Assembly: GCA_963699545.1 (NCBI GenBank)
Contig: CAVOUE010000003.1
Span: forward strand, 160,001-224,000
Length of the DNA stretch: 64,000 nucleotides
Origin: Nitrospirota bacterium
GTDB taxonomy: Bacteria > Nitrospirota > Thermodesulfovibrionia > Thermodesulfovibrionales > UBA9159
Reading direction: 5' to 3'
The position numbers and the translations under genes were made by a program. Below the pieces are notes generated by a model that saw nothing but the letters and a program-made list of their open reading frames with translations, was not told where the DNA came from and ran no database searches. Of the stretch, positions 29,092 to 39,967 are shown in pieces. Within the stretch, counting starts at the first letter, position 1. The number at the start of each line of letters is the position of its first letter.

Positions 29092-30591
29092 ATGAAGACC
29101 TTTGAACCCTACGTCTTTCTGAGAAAAAAGAGGTACTGGATCTTTTCCTCCGTCCTTTTCATGCTGATGGTTGCCCGCACCTGGACCGGTTTCTGGCTTG
29201 GTGATTTTTGGGAACATGCGGCGGTTGTCCGGGAGCTTGCAACAAACCCCCTCTCGCCCGGACACCCCCAACTGCTCGTGGAAGCTCAGCACGCCTATTT
29301 TTCCCCTTACAGCCTCGGTGTCGCCCTGCTTGCAAGGATTATGGACCTCAACCCAATCTCTTCCCTCGCCCTCGCAGGGCTGGGGAATCTTGTCTTATTC
29401 CTCATCGCTTTCCGGTGGTTCATCGTCCTCTTCTTTGATGACCATGGGGATGCGATACCTTTCTATGCCCTCGTATTCATCCTCATGCTCTGGGGAAGAG
29501 ACCCGTGGTTCTGGAGTGCCTTTTTTCATATCTCCGTCCTGGGCTTTGTCCTGCCCTATCCGTCCACTTTTGCTTCTGCGTGCGTATTCATTTCGTTCGG
29601 GCTTTACCTGACGCACCTGAAGACCGGGAAGATCATCTATGTCCTGTTGCTTATCCCGGTCATAAGCGTGGTTTTCCTCACTCACCCCACGACCGCGGTT
29701 GTAATGTGCATCGCCCTGACATCCTTTTCCCTGGGCTTCCCGGAGAGGGTTTTGTTCCGGAACGTCATGACCCTCTTCGCTGCCTTTATGATCTCCTTCA
29801 CCATAGCCGCTGCCTGGCCGTATTATAGCTTCATCTCGCTCATCACCGTGCAGTCTCCCGATTTTCACGGGCACAGCAGGCTGCTGTATCAGCACGTCCT
29901 CAGCAGAACCTTTCCTGCACTGATCGGCATCCCCCTGCTCGTCATCAGGCTCAGAAAGAATATCCTTGATCCCCTGGCCCTGACCTTCCTGGGATTAACC
30001 GCGGTTTACTTCTACGGCTATATTTCGGATCTATGGGGATACGGCAGGGTTATTTCCCATATGGTAATGGTTCTTCAGATCTCGCTCGCTTGGCTCACAG
30101 CCCGCGTCGAGTCGCGATGGCAGGCTGATAAGGCTGTCGTGAAAGTGAGCTGTGCGGCCATGCTTTTGCTGTCCGCCATATATGTTTTTAAGATGGCAAC
30201 CTACAAAGGAGAGGATTACCAGAAATATTCAATCCTCTCCCGGTACACGAAGCAGTACGACCTTGTCTTGTCAGACCTGCAGACGAGCTTGTATATACCC
30301 GTCTTTGGGGGCAAGGTCATAGCGCATCCCTATCCCGTCTACTTTGTCGCGGATCATGCGGAGAGGAGGAGGGACCTCGTGCATTTTTTTGATCAGGCGA
30401 CCACGAATCAGGAGAGGGTGGAGATCATCAGGAAATACCAGCCGGCTTTTCTGCTCTACAAGAGGGCTTTTTCAAGAACAAGCCCCTCGCTCTATAATTC
30501 CTTAGGGCAGTTCGGCACGGTCATCTATTCGGACGGGGATTTTATATTGCTGTCCCTGAAAAAAGCGTCATCGGAGCGTCAGCAAAATTGA
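29092..30591 (+). CDS. Polytopic membrane protein, possible GT-C-fold glycosyltransferase
   Basis: About 11-13 hydrophobic segments, acidic loop GDFWEH after TM1, YPST and HPTT motifs, soluble C-terminal domain. Confidence 0.55.
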   Translation: MKTFEPYVFLRKKRYWIFSSVLFMLMVARTWTGFWLGDFWEHAAVVRELATNPLSPGHPQLLVEAQHAYFSPYSLGVALLARIMDLNPISSLALAGLGNLVLFLIAFRWFIVLFFDDHGDAIPFYALVFILMLWGRDPWFWSAFFHISVLGFVLPYPSTFASACVFISFGLYLTHLKTGKIIYVLLLIPVISVVFLTHPTTAVVMCIALTSFSLGFPERVLFRNVMTLFAAFMISFTIAAAWPYYSFISLITVQSPDFHGHSRLLYQHVLSRTFPALIGIPLLVIRLRKNILDPLALTFLGLTAVYFYGYISDLWGYGRVISHMVMVLQISLAWLTARVESRWQADKAVVKVSCAAMLLLSAIYVFKMATYKGEDYQKYSILSRYTKQYDLVLSDLQTSLYIPVFGGKVIAHPYPVYFVADHAERRRDLVHFFDQATTNQERVEIIRKYQPAFLLYKRAFSRTSPSLYNSLGQFGTVIYSDGDFILLSLKKASSERQQN

Positions 30592-30645
30592 TTATCTCAA
30601 GAAATAACTTTTATTTTTTAAGGACTTCTGGAATGAGTTGGAGAG

Positions 30646-30669
30646 GTTCGCATCTCATCCCCGCCGCCA
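30646..30669 (+). repeat. Degenerate copy of the tRNA-Ser 3' end (att-like scar)
   Basis: GTTCGcATCTCAtCCCCgCCGCCA versus 29010-29033 GTTCGAATCTCACCCCCTCCGCCA: 21/24 identical. Confidence 0.7.
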
Positions 30670-30740
30670 TGTGAACTGAGTTACCAAACCTAAAATTACA
30701 AGTTGACAACGGCATGTTTTCATGATAAAAGATAATTAGT

Positions 30741-30846
30741 CCCGACAAGGCCTAACCCTCTGTGAGGAGGCGACGGAAAGCGGCGGGTCTTAAGAGAAGA
30801 TGGCCGAGCTGCCGAAGGAAGGAACCTTTGGTTTGTTCGGCTTTTT
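30741..30846 (+). promoter_or_regulatory. c-di-GMP-I (GEMM-I) riboswitch with overlapping intrinsic terminator
   Basis: CGACAAGGCCTAACCCTCT-GTGA-GGAGGCGACGGAAAGC..GGGTCT...AGATGGCCGAGCTGCCGAA fits the GEMM-I consensus; GCCGAA/TTCGGC + T5 terminator. Confidence 0.85.
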
Positions 30847-30917
30847 ACTTTGTGAGACGATGGCTTGATAAGAGACCACTGTAATGACTGGGGTAACTGA
30901 AAGAAGAGAGTGAACCC

Positions 30918-32813
30918 ATGATCCTCGAAGAGGTAGTAAATTTTCTGAAAAAGGAGCCCCCTTTTCAGTTTCTCGATGACGCTGCCCTGAGGTCCGTTGC
31001 CGACAGTTTATCAATTGAATTCTATCCCAAAGATACCGTCATCCTGAAACAGGACGGTCCTCCCAGTGTCTTCCCTCAGGGTCATCAAGAAGGGGGCTGT
31101 AAAGGTCTTCATGAAATCGGAAAGTGGGAGACGAGGTCCCGGTGGATTACAAGGGGGAAGGGGATAACTTCGGCTTCTCATCCATGATCGGTCAGGACAT
31201 TCAGAGGACAACGGTCGTCGCCGTTGATGATACCATCTGCTATTTGCTCCGTAAGGAAAGGGTCTTAAAACTGCTGGAGTCAAGCCCTGCGTTCTCTGAG
31301 TACTTTATGTCCTATCTCTCAAAATATCTCGACAGGACTCATAAGGAGATGCAGGGCAAGAGCATGTTCTACGGCAGCAGTGGCCGCGTTTTATTTACCA
31401 CCCCTGTGGAGGATATCGCAAAAGAGGTTGTTCTCCGTAGGGGAAGAGACATCCATACAGGAAGCAGCGCAGCTCATGGCAAAAAAGAAAATAGGCTCTC
31501 TCATAATCCTTGATAAGAGGAATCTCCCCGTCGGCATCGTGACCGAGAAGGACCTCAGTGAAAAAGTGGTGGCAAAGGCAAGAAGCGTATCTGAACCCGT
31601 GAAAAATATTATGACCATCTCGCTCATACGGGTCGATGCGAGCGATCCCTGTTTCGAGGCTGTCCTAAAGATGATCAAGTACAACATTCATCATATGCTC
31701 GTCATTAAGGAGGGGGCCCTGAAAGGTATTATGACCGATCATGATCTTACGCTCCCCCAGGCGGCATCTCCCCTGTCCTCTGCAAGCGATGTGGAGAACC
31801 AGCAGACCATTGACGGGCTTATCCCGGCATCAGTGAAGATGGACACCATAGTCGGGATGCTTCTCGAAGAGGGAACCAAGGCAAGCTGCATTACAAAGAT
31901 TATCACCGAAATCAATGACAGGCTCGTAAAGAAGGTTCTCGAGATCGCTGAGAAGACACACGGGCAACCTCCCGTTCCCTATTGCTGGATCGCCTCCGGC
32001 AGCGAGGGGAGAAAGGAACAGGTCTTTAAAACAGACCAGGATAATGCGATCATATACGCCGACCCGGAGACAACGGAGGAAGAGGAGATAAGGAGATATT
32101 TTTCGATCTTCACGTCTTTCGTGAGGGACAGCCTCATCAAGGTGGGCTTCCCTCTCTGTCCCTCTGACTGCATGGCGAGCAACCCCTATTGGTGCCAGCC
32201 CCTGAAGGCGTGGAAGAGGTACTGCTCCGACTGGATAAACAGACCGACAGCTGACGCGGTGTTGAGGACTCACACCTTCTTCGATTCCAGACCTATCTAC
32301 GGCAAACCCGGTATTTTTGAAGAGTTGAGAGATTCCGTTCACTCCACATTAGGGGGTCGGAGTATCTTCCTCGGTCACATGGCAAACATGATTGTCAAAA
32401 ACACCCCTCCCATCGGCTTTCTCAAGTCATTTGTGGTGGAAAAGACCGGAGAGCACAAGGATACATTTAATCTGAAGGTCAAGGGTATTGCCCCGTTGGT
32501 GGATGCGGTGAGACTGTTTGCCCTGGAAAGAGCGATAAAGGAGACCTCTACCATGGAAAGGATCCATGCGTTGAAAGACAAACACACCATTGTGAAAGAA
32601 TGTTCGGATGAGCTTGAGCACGCCCTTGAATTCATGATGCACATCAGGATACGCCATCAATTTGAGCAGATCAAGGAAGGCCGGAAAGCGGACAATTTTA
32701 TTAATCCGGATACATTGAGCACCTTTGAAAGAAAGACAGCCAGTGAGGCATTTCATCTTATATCAAAGACGCAGGGCCTGATATTCGAGAGATATAAGCT
32801 GTTTATGAGTTAG
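30918..32813 (+). CDS. cNMP-binding/CBS/DUF294 putative nucleotidyltransferase, split by two frameshifts
   Basis: PPFQFLD cNMP start, EGDNFG, CBS (GIVTEKDL, IHHML), GSEGRKEQ...DQDNA NTase, MASNP.W, FFD.R, NLK..G..PLVD.VR. Confidence 0.88.
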
Positions 32814-32940
32814 GGACGAAAGAACGAATAACAGATAAAACACACCTCCGCCTGTTCGCCAAAGATATCCGTTTCCGATCGAAACCGGTGCTTCGCTCCT
32901 TCCGCGGGGTTCTCTTTGCCGGCTATACTATAATAGAAAA

Positions 32941-33738
32941 GTGAAGAGACCATACAAGGCAGTTTCAGGCAAGACGTACTCCCTCTTCGGTGTCGATGTG
33001 TCAACCGATCAGTACTTCAGCACCATCCACGCCATTGCGGAAGGCCTCTTAATCCTCTGTCGTGATGAACGGGTCCTTCTCTCCCATGTCCAGAAAGCGG
33101 GCGGCATGAGGTTCAAAAAGGGGCTGGCTTATGGATGTGACGATGTTCTCATTGCTCACATACGAAAGAACCTCCAAGAAGCGCTTCACACCTATACGCC
33201 GGGGGTTAAAGAACATTTAAAGAGCATCCCCTTCTCTCAGAGGTTCGACAAGACCATCAGAACACGAGAGGAAGGATATCATCTTTACATGCTTGAGATC
33301 GAACTCGTCAACCGGATATACAGGGATGCTTTCAAGAAAAGCAGCTACAAGTTTGCGCTCCTTCCCCATTGCCTGAGAGATTTCAGGCCACAGTGCAGTT
33401 CAGTCCCCGGAGATATCGAGCATGTCTGTATGGGATGCACCGAGGACTGTTTTATCCGTCTCGGCAGTGAGCTGCTTACGAAGTACGGGATCCAGCCTTA
33501 TATATCAATAACCATAGACCAGGAGAGGCTCTTCAGGAGGCTAAAGGCAGAGCATCCGGACATCGGAGCACTCGGGATTGCTTGCATCCCGGAGCTGGCT
33601 CAGGCTATGAGGCTTTGTATTAAACTTGGGATCTCCCCCATCGGGATACCGCTGAGCGCCAACCTCTGTGCCAGGTGGATGAAGCGGACGTATGAGAGCT
33701 CGTTCAGCCTTGAGGAGCTCGATAAACTCGTAAGGTGA
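32941..33738 (+). CDS. DUF116-domain protein
   Basis: LLPHCLR...C......C.GC..C, GIAC..EL, GIPL...C. Confidence 0.75.
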   Translation: MKRPYKAVSGKTYSLFGVDVSTDQYFSTIHAIAEGLLILCRDERVLLSHVQKAGGMRFKKGLAYGCDDVLIAHIRKNLQEALHTYTPGVKEHLKSIPFSQRFDKTIRTREEGYHLYMLEIELVNRIYRDAFKKSSYKFALLPHCLRDFRPQCSSVPGDIEHVCMGCTEDCFIRLGSELLTKYGIQPYISITIDQERLFRRLKAEHPDIGALGIACIPELAQAMRLCIKLGISPIGIPLSANLCARWMKRTYESSFSLEELDKLVR

Positions 33739-33804
33739 ATTTCTCCCACGCTTACGGTGATAGGATTTCCAGGAGATGGAGGCGTCCTCATCGCGTTCTT
33801 CGCT

Positions 33805-34539
33805 TCATCCTATTTTCTTTATCGTTCCTGTCTTCACCCTTGAAACGGCAAGCTCACGAAAACGCATCGCTAACTCGGCCCCTCTTGCCTCTTCCTCGTG
33901 CTTAAAGAAAACGAAGGCCTTCTCCCATCCTTGCGAAAGGATCCTTTCGATCCATTGTGACAGATCGGCATCCGTATAATCGGAGCGGCGGAGGCGCAGG
34001 TACCCCCACGTCGCCGTAGTGATGATCTCATTTGCCGGATTCTCTTCAGCGTCCGCGACGCACAGGCTGCATCCCCTTTTACGAAGGAGGTCCAGGATTT
34101 CGACATCGAGCCAGGATGGGCTCCGGAACTCGAACGCGCAGGACATAGTGACGGGGATCAGAGCGAGAAGATCTGCCAGCGCCGGGCGGTCCCCACGAAA
34201 GCTCTTGGGGAACTGAAAAAGGACCGGACCCAGTTTCCTCTCCAGAAACGACAGCGTCCCGAAGAGGTACTCGGTCTCCTCGCCCACATTTCTCAACCGC
34301 TTGATATGCGTAATGACCTGGGGTGCTTTGAGCGCGAAGACAAAATCGTCGGGGACCTGTTCCGCCCAGGATGCAAGGACGCCCTTTGTGGGCATGTGAT
34401 AAAAGGTGTTATTGATCTCCACCGCGCCGAGGCGTGCTGAATAGAAGCGAAGCATCTCTTTGGGCGAGATCTTTTCAGGATAGAATGCTCCCTTCCATTC
34501 CTTGTACGCATACCCGCTTGTACCGACATAGATCTTCAT
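33805..34539 (-). CDS. DUF72 (YecE-like) protein
   Basis: VGTSGYAY..W.G.FYP, VEINNTFY, LKAP..ITH, GPVLFQFP, AFEFR..SW, YLRLR. Confidence 0.92.
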   Translation of the reverse strand: MKIYVGTSGYAYKEWKGAFYPEKISPKEMLRFYSARLGAVEINNTFYHMPTKGVLASWAEQVPDDFVFALKAPQVITHIKRLRNVGEETEYLFGTLSFLERKLGPVLFQFPKSFRGDRPALADLLALIPVTMSCAFEFRSPSWLDVEILDLLRKRGCSLCVADAEENPANEIITTATWGYLRLRRSDYTDADLSQWIERILSQGWEKAFVFFKHEEEARGAELAMRFRELAVSRVKTGTIKKIG

Positions 34540-34627
34540 ATTTTCTGCACCGTGAGCAGGTAAGGCCTTGCCGATAAGAGAAGTATCGGTTGTCCTGACC
34601 GTTTAAAGATCCGGCCTGTGATTTCCG

Positions 34628-36123
34628 CTAAGGATTGTATTTACCCGAGGCCGGCACTGCGCGCTTAAAGGCCCAGGCCTCGATTGTCTTTATCTGTTCA
34701 GCCATGGTCACCGAAAGAGGGACGGTCCTGCTCAGAGCTACCAGGAAATCCTGTTCGACTACGGGACGCTTCTCGGCAAGGGCCTCGAAAACCGCTGATT
34801 GGACCACCTGCTCGATTTCAGCCCCGGAAAGACGTTTGGGCGATGACGCCAGTAGCGGGATATCAAACCCGGAAGGATCGATATTCTGCTTCTTCATATG
34901 AATGCGGAATATTTCTTCCCGCGCCTTTTCATCGGGAAGCCCGACATAAAATATCTCATCGAAGCGTCCCTTGCGCAGCACTTCCGCGGGAAGCATCTCG
35001 ATGGCATTGGCGGTAGCAGCGACAAAAACAGGCGCCTTTTTTTCCTGCATCCACGTCAGGAAAGACCCGAGGACCCGGGAAGCGGCGCCCCCTTCAGCCT
35101 TGAACCCCTGCGATGAAATGCCGGCCTCGATCTCGTCTATCCAGAGGACACAGGGCGCAATCGCCTCTGCAGTACTGAACGCCTTGCGCAGGCTGGACTC
35201 CGGGGAGCCGAACGCCCCCCCATACACAACCGCCATATCCAGACGGATAAGGGGGAGGCGCCATTGAGCTGCGATCACCTTGACGAACAGCGATTTGCCG
35301 CAGCCGGATATCCCCATGATCAACACCCCTTTCGGCATCTTTGCACCGGTAGAAATGTTATCCAGGCCGAATGCCTTTTCACGACGATCCAGCCAGTGTT
35401 TGAGGTTTTCCATCCCGCCCAGATGGTCCGGATCGGCATCATTGACGACAAACTCCATGATGCCGCTTTTTCTGATGATCTGCTGTTTGGTCTCAAAGAG
35501 CGCCTGAACGATTTCGCTGCCGCTGCCGACCTGAGACTGATTGAAAGCGCGGATGCTACGCTCGATGTCCGTAAGATCAAGCCCCTGGGCCGCCACCACC
35601 AACCTCCCCACCAGCTCCGGATCAGCGGCACAGGCCTGCGCCAGTAGCGGAACACGTTCTTTCAGGAACTCCAGGTGCGCCTTGATCTCTGCTATGGCAG
35701 GAAGTCCCTGGTAGAGAATAACGAGGTCTTCTCTCAACCGTTCCGGCACAGCCTCCTCTTCACCAATGACAATCAGGATCTTTGATCGGGCCCGCACCGC
35801 AAATTCTTTCAGCTTTCTGATAATAAACGGGTTATTTCCCCAAAAGCTGGAAATGTCCTTGAAAAGAAAAATGGCGGGTCCCGGTTGCGCGATGGCGAAA
35901 TCGAGCGCCGGCAGAGGCTCTATCGTTTCTTTGAACGACGCTCCCTCCCGGATGAGACCTTCGGTGCAGGTCCATACATAGGGACTCCCTGCCCCTTTCA
36001 CGCGCCGCGGCGGACACGCGCTACAATCCCCTCCGTGCGCCGCTCGTTATCGGTAACCACATAAATTAAACTGTTTCCGGCCCCGATTATTCTCAGCAAA
36101 TCGTGGGCATTCAGGTTTTCCAT
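34628..36123 (-). CDS. AAA+ ATPase, Ycf46-like; frameshift near 36010-36030
   Basis: [27 protein letters not shown]....[14 protein letters not shown]-terminal [10 protein letters not shown] read at 36123 with GGAGG RBS. Confidence 0.85.
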
Positions 36124-36337
36124 TATCCTCCCGTTAATGCCCCTGACAGAAAACCTCCTTCAGCCAGCATGGCATTACTTTCCCGCTGTACTACGCACCA
36201 TTATATCAGGTTTCAAAGGCGCCAGGGTCGGCAAATAGCTGAAACTTGAGCATTTGTCTTCTTGATAATCCCCTCTTCACATGCTATTCTTCGCTTATGC
36301 TGAAAAAGCAGACTTCTCTCAGTTATCAGTGCATTTC

Positions 36338-37212
36338 ATGAAAAGGATCGCGCGCTTTTTCCTGATCGTGGTTGCGGCGGCATCGCTCACCGGCTGCATC
36401 ACCTTTCTGACCGAGATCAAGGTCAGGGGTGACGGCAGCGGGACGATGGTGCAGACGATGACCATGAACCCGGAGCAGATGAAGGAATCGATGGAAGGCA
36501 TCGCGAAGCAGATGGGCGCGACAACGACCGAGTCGAAAGAGGATACGAAAAAGGACTCCTCGAAGGCATCCGGAGGAGGGCCCGTTCAAGGAGGGCGATC
36601 TCAAGGGCAAGGCCGCAGACCTGGGCCCGGGCGTGACGTTCGTGTCCGCGGAAAAGATCGACACGAAGACAGCCGCCGGTGTCCGCGTGACCTACGCCTT
36701 CAAGGACATCAATCAGCTGGCCGTCAATCCAAAGCCCGCGGCGGCGATGGGGACGGCCGGCGCCGGAGCTTCTTCGCAGGACGCCCTGAAGTTTCGGTTC
36801 AACCGCATGCCGAACGGCAACGCAGTTCTCACGGTCGTCTTCGCCCACGCCCAAGCCGGAGGCACCGAAGGAACAAACCGCCACACCGCCGCCTCCGGCT
36901 TCTCCGGAGGAATCGGCCCAGCAGATGTCCATGATGAAGCAGATGTTCAAAGGTCTCCATATGGGCATGGCCGTCGATGTGGAGGGCAAGGTCGTTAAGA
37001 CGAACAGCCCGTATGTCGAAGGATCGAAGGTCACGCTGATGGACATCGACTTCGATCCGCTTCTGTCCGACGAGAAGGGCTTCAAGGCCTTGAGCGCGAA
37101 GATGGAGACGGCCATGGGAGACGACCGAAAGACGATGGAGGCCCTGAAGGGAATCAAGGGCCTCAAGATCACGACGGATCCGGAAATCTCGATCGAGTTC
37201 GCTCCGAAATAG
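36338..37212 (+). CDS. Putative lipoprotein, split by frameshifts
   Basis: Lipobox LTGC, DGSGT motif; continues in ORFs 36633-36998 and 36925-37212. Confidence 0.65.
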
Positions 37213-37255
37213 GGTTCCCCAGGATGATGAGCGGAGCCGTCTCGATGATGCGGCC

Positions 37256-37558
37256 TTATCCCGGCAGCTTGGCTGCGAGGACTTCGACCTTCTCGATGAC
37301 AGGCGGTTGCGCCAGCAGTTCAGAGGCCTTTGCCATCAGCGCAGCAGCCACACGGCCGGAGAGGTGGGCCTGACGACCTGCCTCGTCGGGAAAGGCATCG
37401 AAGATACCGAAGGTCGACGGCCCAAGACGGATCGCAAACCAGGCGATCGTGGCCGGCTCCTCCATGACTACCGCAAGACCCCCGCGAAGAAAGTCCTCCA
37501 CTTCAGCCTCCTTTCCGGGTTTTGCCTCCAGTCGAACAAACAGCGCTGTCTTAACCAT
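37256..37558 (-). CDS. Antibiotic-biosynthesis-monooxygenase (ABM) domain protein
   Basis: LEAKPGKE..V..FL, EPAT.AWFA, FGIFDAF.DEAGR.AHL.G. Confidence 0.9.
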   Translation of the reverse strand: MVKTALFVRLEAKPGKEAEVEDFLRGGLAVVMEEPATIAWFAIRLGPSTFGIFDAFPDEAGRQAHLSGRVAAALMAKASELLAQPPVIEKVEVLAAKLPG

Positions 37559-37565
37559 GATGTCC

Positions 37566-38021
37566 TCCTTTCTTAAGAAAGCAACAATCTCTTTCCACTA
37601 CACGTTTCTTCATTACTCCTTATCACAAAATTCAGACAAGTTCAGCAATGCACATTGCTCCACAGGCAGGGTCGCCGGACCGGAAGATATCGCCTGGCCG
37701 GTTCCCCCCAAACTTCGGAGGAAGATATACTTATTTCAGGGCCTGCAATTTCTCCAGTATTCCTTTTAATACGTCCTCTTCCTCCTTCAGTTCCATTTTA
37801 AAATCGTGTTTGGCGCCCGAAGCAATCTCACCTCTGAGTTCCGGTATATAGTCCTTAAGTACTCCTACAAGCATATCCTTTTCCTTGTCTGTCAGTTCCA
37901 GCTTCATGTCCATTCTCCTTTCATAAGAAAAGCACCATCTTTTTCCACTACATACTTCTTAATTACTACTTATCACAAAATTCAAACAAGTCAAGGCAAA
38001 ACATTGCTCCGCAGGCAGGGT
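37566..38021. repeat. ~105-bp imperfect direct repeat (37566-37672 and 37916-38021) forming the leader of two unrelated genes
   Basis: Both copies share TCCTTTC.TAAGAAA...TTTCCACTACA...TTATCACAAAATTCA.ACAAGT...ACATTGCTCC.CAGGCAGGGT. Confidence 0.85.
37731..37913 (-). CDS. Small hypothetical protein (60 aa)
   Basis: AAAGGAG RBS, helical composition, preceded by the duplicated leader. Confidence 0.65.
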   Translation of the reverse strand: MDMKLELTDKEKDMLVGVLKDYIPELRGEIASGAKHDFKMELKEEEDVLKGILEKLQALK

Positions 38022-38075
38022 AGGCAGTTTCGCGTTTTCAAATGCCATGGTCAAGCCTCACCCCAAAGGGCGTCT

Positions 38076-38417
38076 TCAACTGCCTGAGCGTTTCGGCCTA
38101 TAGCCCATATTTGCCAATACTGTAATGAGCGCATCGCAGTGATCGCCCTGGATTTCAATAGACAAGCCTTTGACTGTGCCGCCGGCACCCAGCCCGGCTT
38201 TCAATCTCTTGAGGAGCGCTTCCCTGTCTTTCATTGGAATCAGGAGACCTTCGATTACTGTGACGGACTTCCCGCCGCGCCGCTTCCGGTCGAGCCGGAC
38301 AATCACTTTCTGATGAGAAGGATTCAGCGCAGGCTTGACGCCATCTTCCACCGGTCTTTCCTTCCGGGCAATAAACTTGCCGGTGGAGTAGACTAATTTC
38401 GTTTTTTCTTCAGGCAT
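38076..38417 (-). CDS. SUI1/YciH translation-initiation-factor family protein
   Basis: LVYST, RGGK.VTVI.GL, LK..LG.GGTVK...IEIQGDH. Confidence 0.9.
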   Translation of the reverse strand: MPEEKTKLVYSTGKFIARKERPVEDGVKPALNPSHQKVIVRLDRKRRGGKSVTVIEGLLIPMKDREALLKRLKAGLGAGGTVKGLSIEIQGDHCDALITVLANMGYRPKRSGS

Positions 38418-38450
38418 AGTCCATTTCAGCCCAGGGCCCGCTGCGGTGGT

Positions 38451-38681
38451 TTACTCCCTGTTCTCCCATTTGTGCCTCAGATACAAGGCCTCAACTTTTT
38501 TTCTGGCCCAGGGGGTCCTTCTGAGAAATTGCAGGCTGGATTTGATGCTCGGGTCATGATTAAAACACCTGATGCGGATGGTCCTTCCCATTTTCTCCCA
38601 GCCATGAAGCTCTACCAGCCGGGTCAGGATCATTTCCAGAGTGATGCCGTGAAGAGGGTCGTTGGATTGTCGCCCAGTCAT
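38451..38681 (-). CDS. VF530/DUF2132-family DNA-binding protein
   Basis: [12 protein letters not shown]...[27 protein letters not shown]. Confidence 0.88.
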   Translation of the reverse strand: MTGRQSNDPLHGITLEMILTRLVELHGWEKMGRTIRIRCFNHDPSIKSSLQFLRRTPWARKKVEALYLRHKWENRE

Positions 38682-38707
38682 GTCTCAGCTTGCGCTTTCA
38701 TCCGTAA

Positions 38708-39244
38708 TTACATGCCATCCTTCTTGGCGAGCCTTATACCGGCACTCTCTATAAGAATAAGCCGTTTCTTGTAAAGAGCGCCTATCGCCTTTTTATACGT
38801 CTTCTTGCTTGTACCGAACAGGCGGTAGATATCCTCAGGTGGGCTTTTATCGTCCAAGGCAATAAATCCGCCCTGCGCCTTCAGTGTGTCGATAATTTTT
38901 CCCGACACATCATCAACCTTTTCAGCGCCGGGTTTTTGAAGACAGAGATCAACTTTGCCGTCGTCCCGCACCTTTTTGATAAATCCTGCGATATGCTGTC
39001 CTTTCCTTAAGGGCTGAAACACCTCGTTTCTATAAAGCAAGCCCTCGCGGGAGTTGTTGATAATCGCCTTGTAACCGATGTCGGTCCGGTCGCAAATCAA
39101 CAATTCTACGCTTTGGCCCTCTTGAAACTCGACCTGTCCCTTATCAGGAAGCTTGTCCAATTTCGGCGCAGCAACGACGTGGTTGCTCTTATCATCACTT
39201 TTCTTTATGACCCTCACCCTTTTAAGTTTTCCTGTTTTCGCCAT
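38708..39244 (-). CDS. CvfB-like S1/winged-helix RNA-binding protein (short form)
   Basis: TDIGYKAIIN..GLLY..EVF, IKKVRDDGKVDL, DKSPPE.I...FG.SKK.YKKAIG.LYK. Confidence 0.8.
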   Translation of the reverse strand: MAKTGKLKRVRVIKKSDDKSNHVVAAPKLDKLPDKGQVEFQEGQSVELLICDRTDIGYKAIINNSREGLLYRNEVFQPLRKGQHIAGFIKKVRDDGKVDLCLQKPGAEKVDDVSGKIIDTLKAQGGFIALDDKSPPEDIYRLFGTSKKTYKKAIGALYKKRLILIESAGIRLAKKDGM

Positions 39245-39315
39245 GCAAACAGCATCCTCTGTCTTTCATATGTTCTTGTTGTTTACCACCTTCTCCAAAG
39301 TTCCCGGCAGTCCGG

Positions 39316-39837
39316 CTAGCCGGTCTTTTTCCCCTGAAGACCGAGCGCCTGCACTATCTCGCGCATGTGGTCGATATGAAAGCCGATGTGAAAATTGCCG
39401 AGGCCGAATGCCCACTGGGCCAGGGTCGGATACTCCCCGAGCGGCGACTCCTTGAGCATGGGAATATGGGCCTTCCTGGCAAGCTGTTCCTGCGAAAGAC
39501 CTTCGACGAACGCCGCGATACTTGCATATTTCCGGTCATATTCGGCCAGAAGTTCCGCAAGGGTCATCCTGCTCCGCTTCCCTTCCCAATAGGGGTCTTC
39601 GGGCTTTATATCGATCTTGGGCGTATCCAGTTCGATGAAGGGTTTCAGAGCGGCGAGGTGGTCTCTTCCCTCCGGACCGCAGAGATGTGATATGATCTGC
39701 TTGGGCGACCAACGGCCCTCCGGCGCCCGGGACGAGCTCACCTCATCGAGCCCCTCACAAGACTTCCTGAATTCAGCCGCCTTTGCGCGTATTCCCTGCG
39801 CGATCTCTTTTCCGGTCTGATCAGTCATATATTTCAT
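39316..39837 (-). CDS. DinB-family protein
   Basis: WSPKQIISHL, C-terminal H...H. Confidence 0.7.
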   Translation of the reverse strand: MKYMTDQTGKEIAQGIRAKAAEFRKSCEGLDEVSSSRAPEGRWSPKQIISHLCGPEGRDHLAALKPFIELDTPKIDIKPEDPYWEGKRSRMTLAELLAEYDRKYASIAAFVEGLSQEQLARKAHIPMLKESPLGEYPTLAQWAFGLGNFHIGFHIDHMREIVQALGLQGKKTG

Positions 39838-39967
39838 ACCTCCTTTCTCACCTGCCTCTATTCTATCAAGTCCCGCCTCAGTTCACAAAGAATGGATACG
39901 AGGTTGCCAACCCCGGCCCAAAAATGCTAAGATAATCTGACTAGACAGACCAGTCGAGGAGGTCGTT

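Noticed and set aside
34628-36123. AAA ATPase as part of a defence or secretion system
   Set aside because: No partner genes adjacent; neighbours are DUF72 and an unrelated lipoprotein
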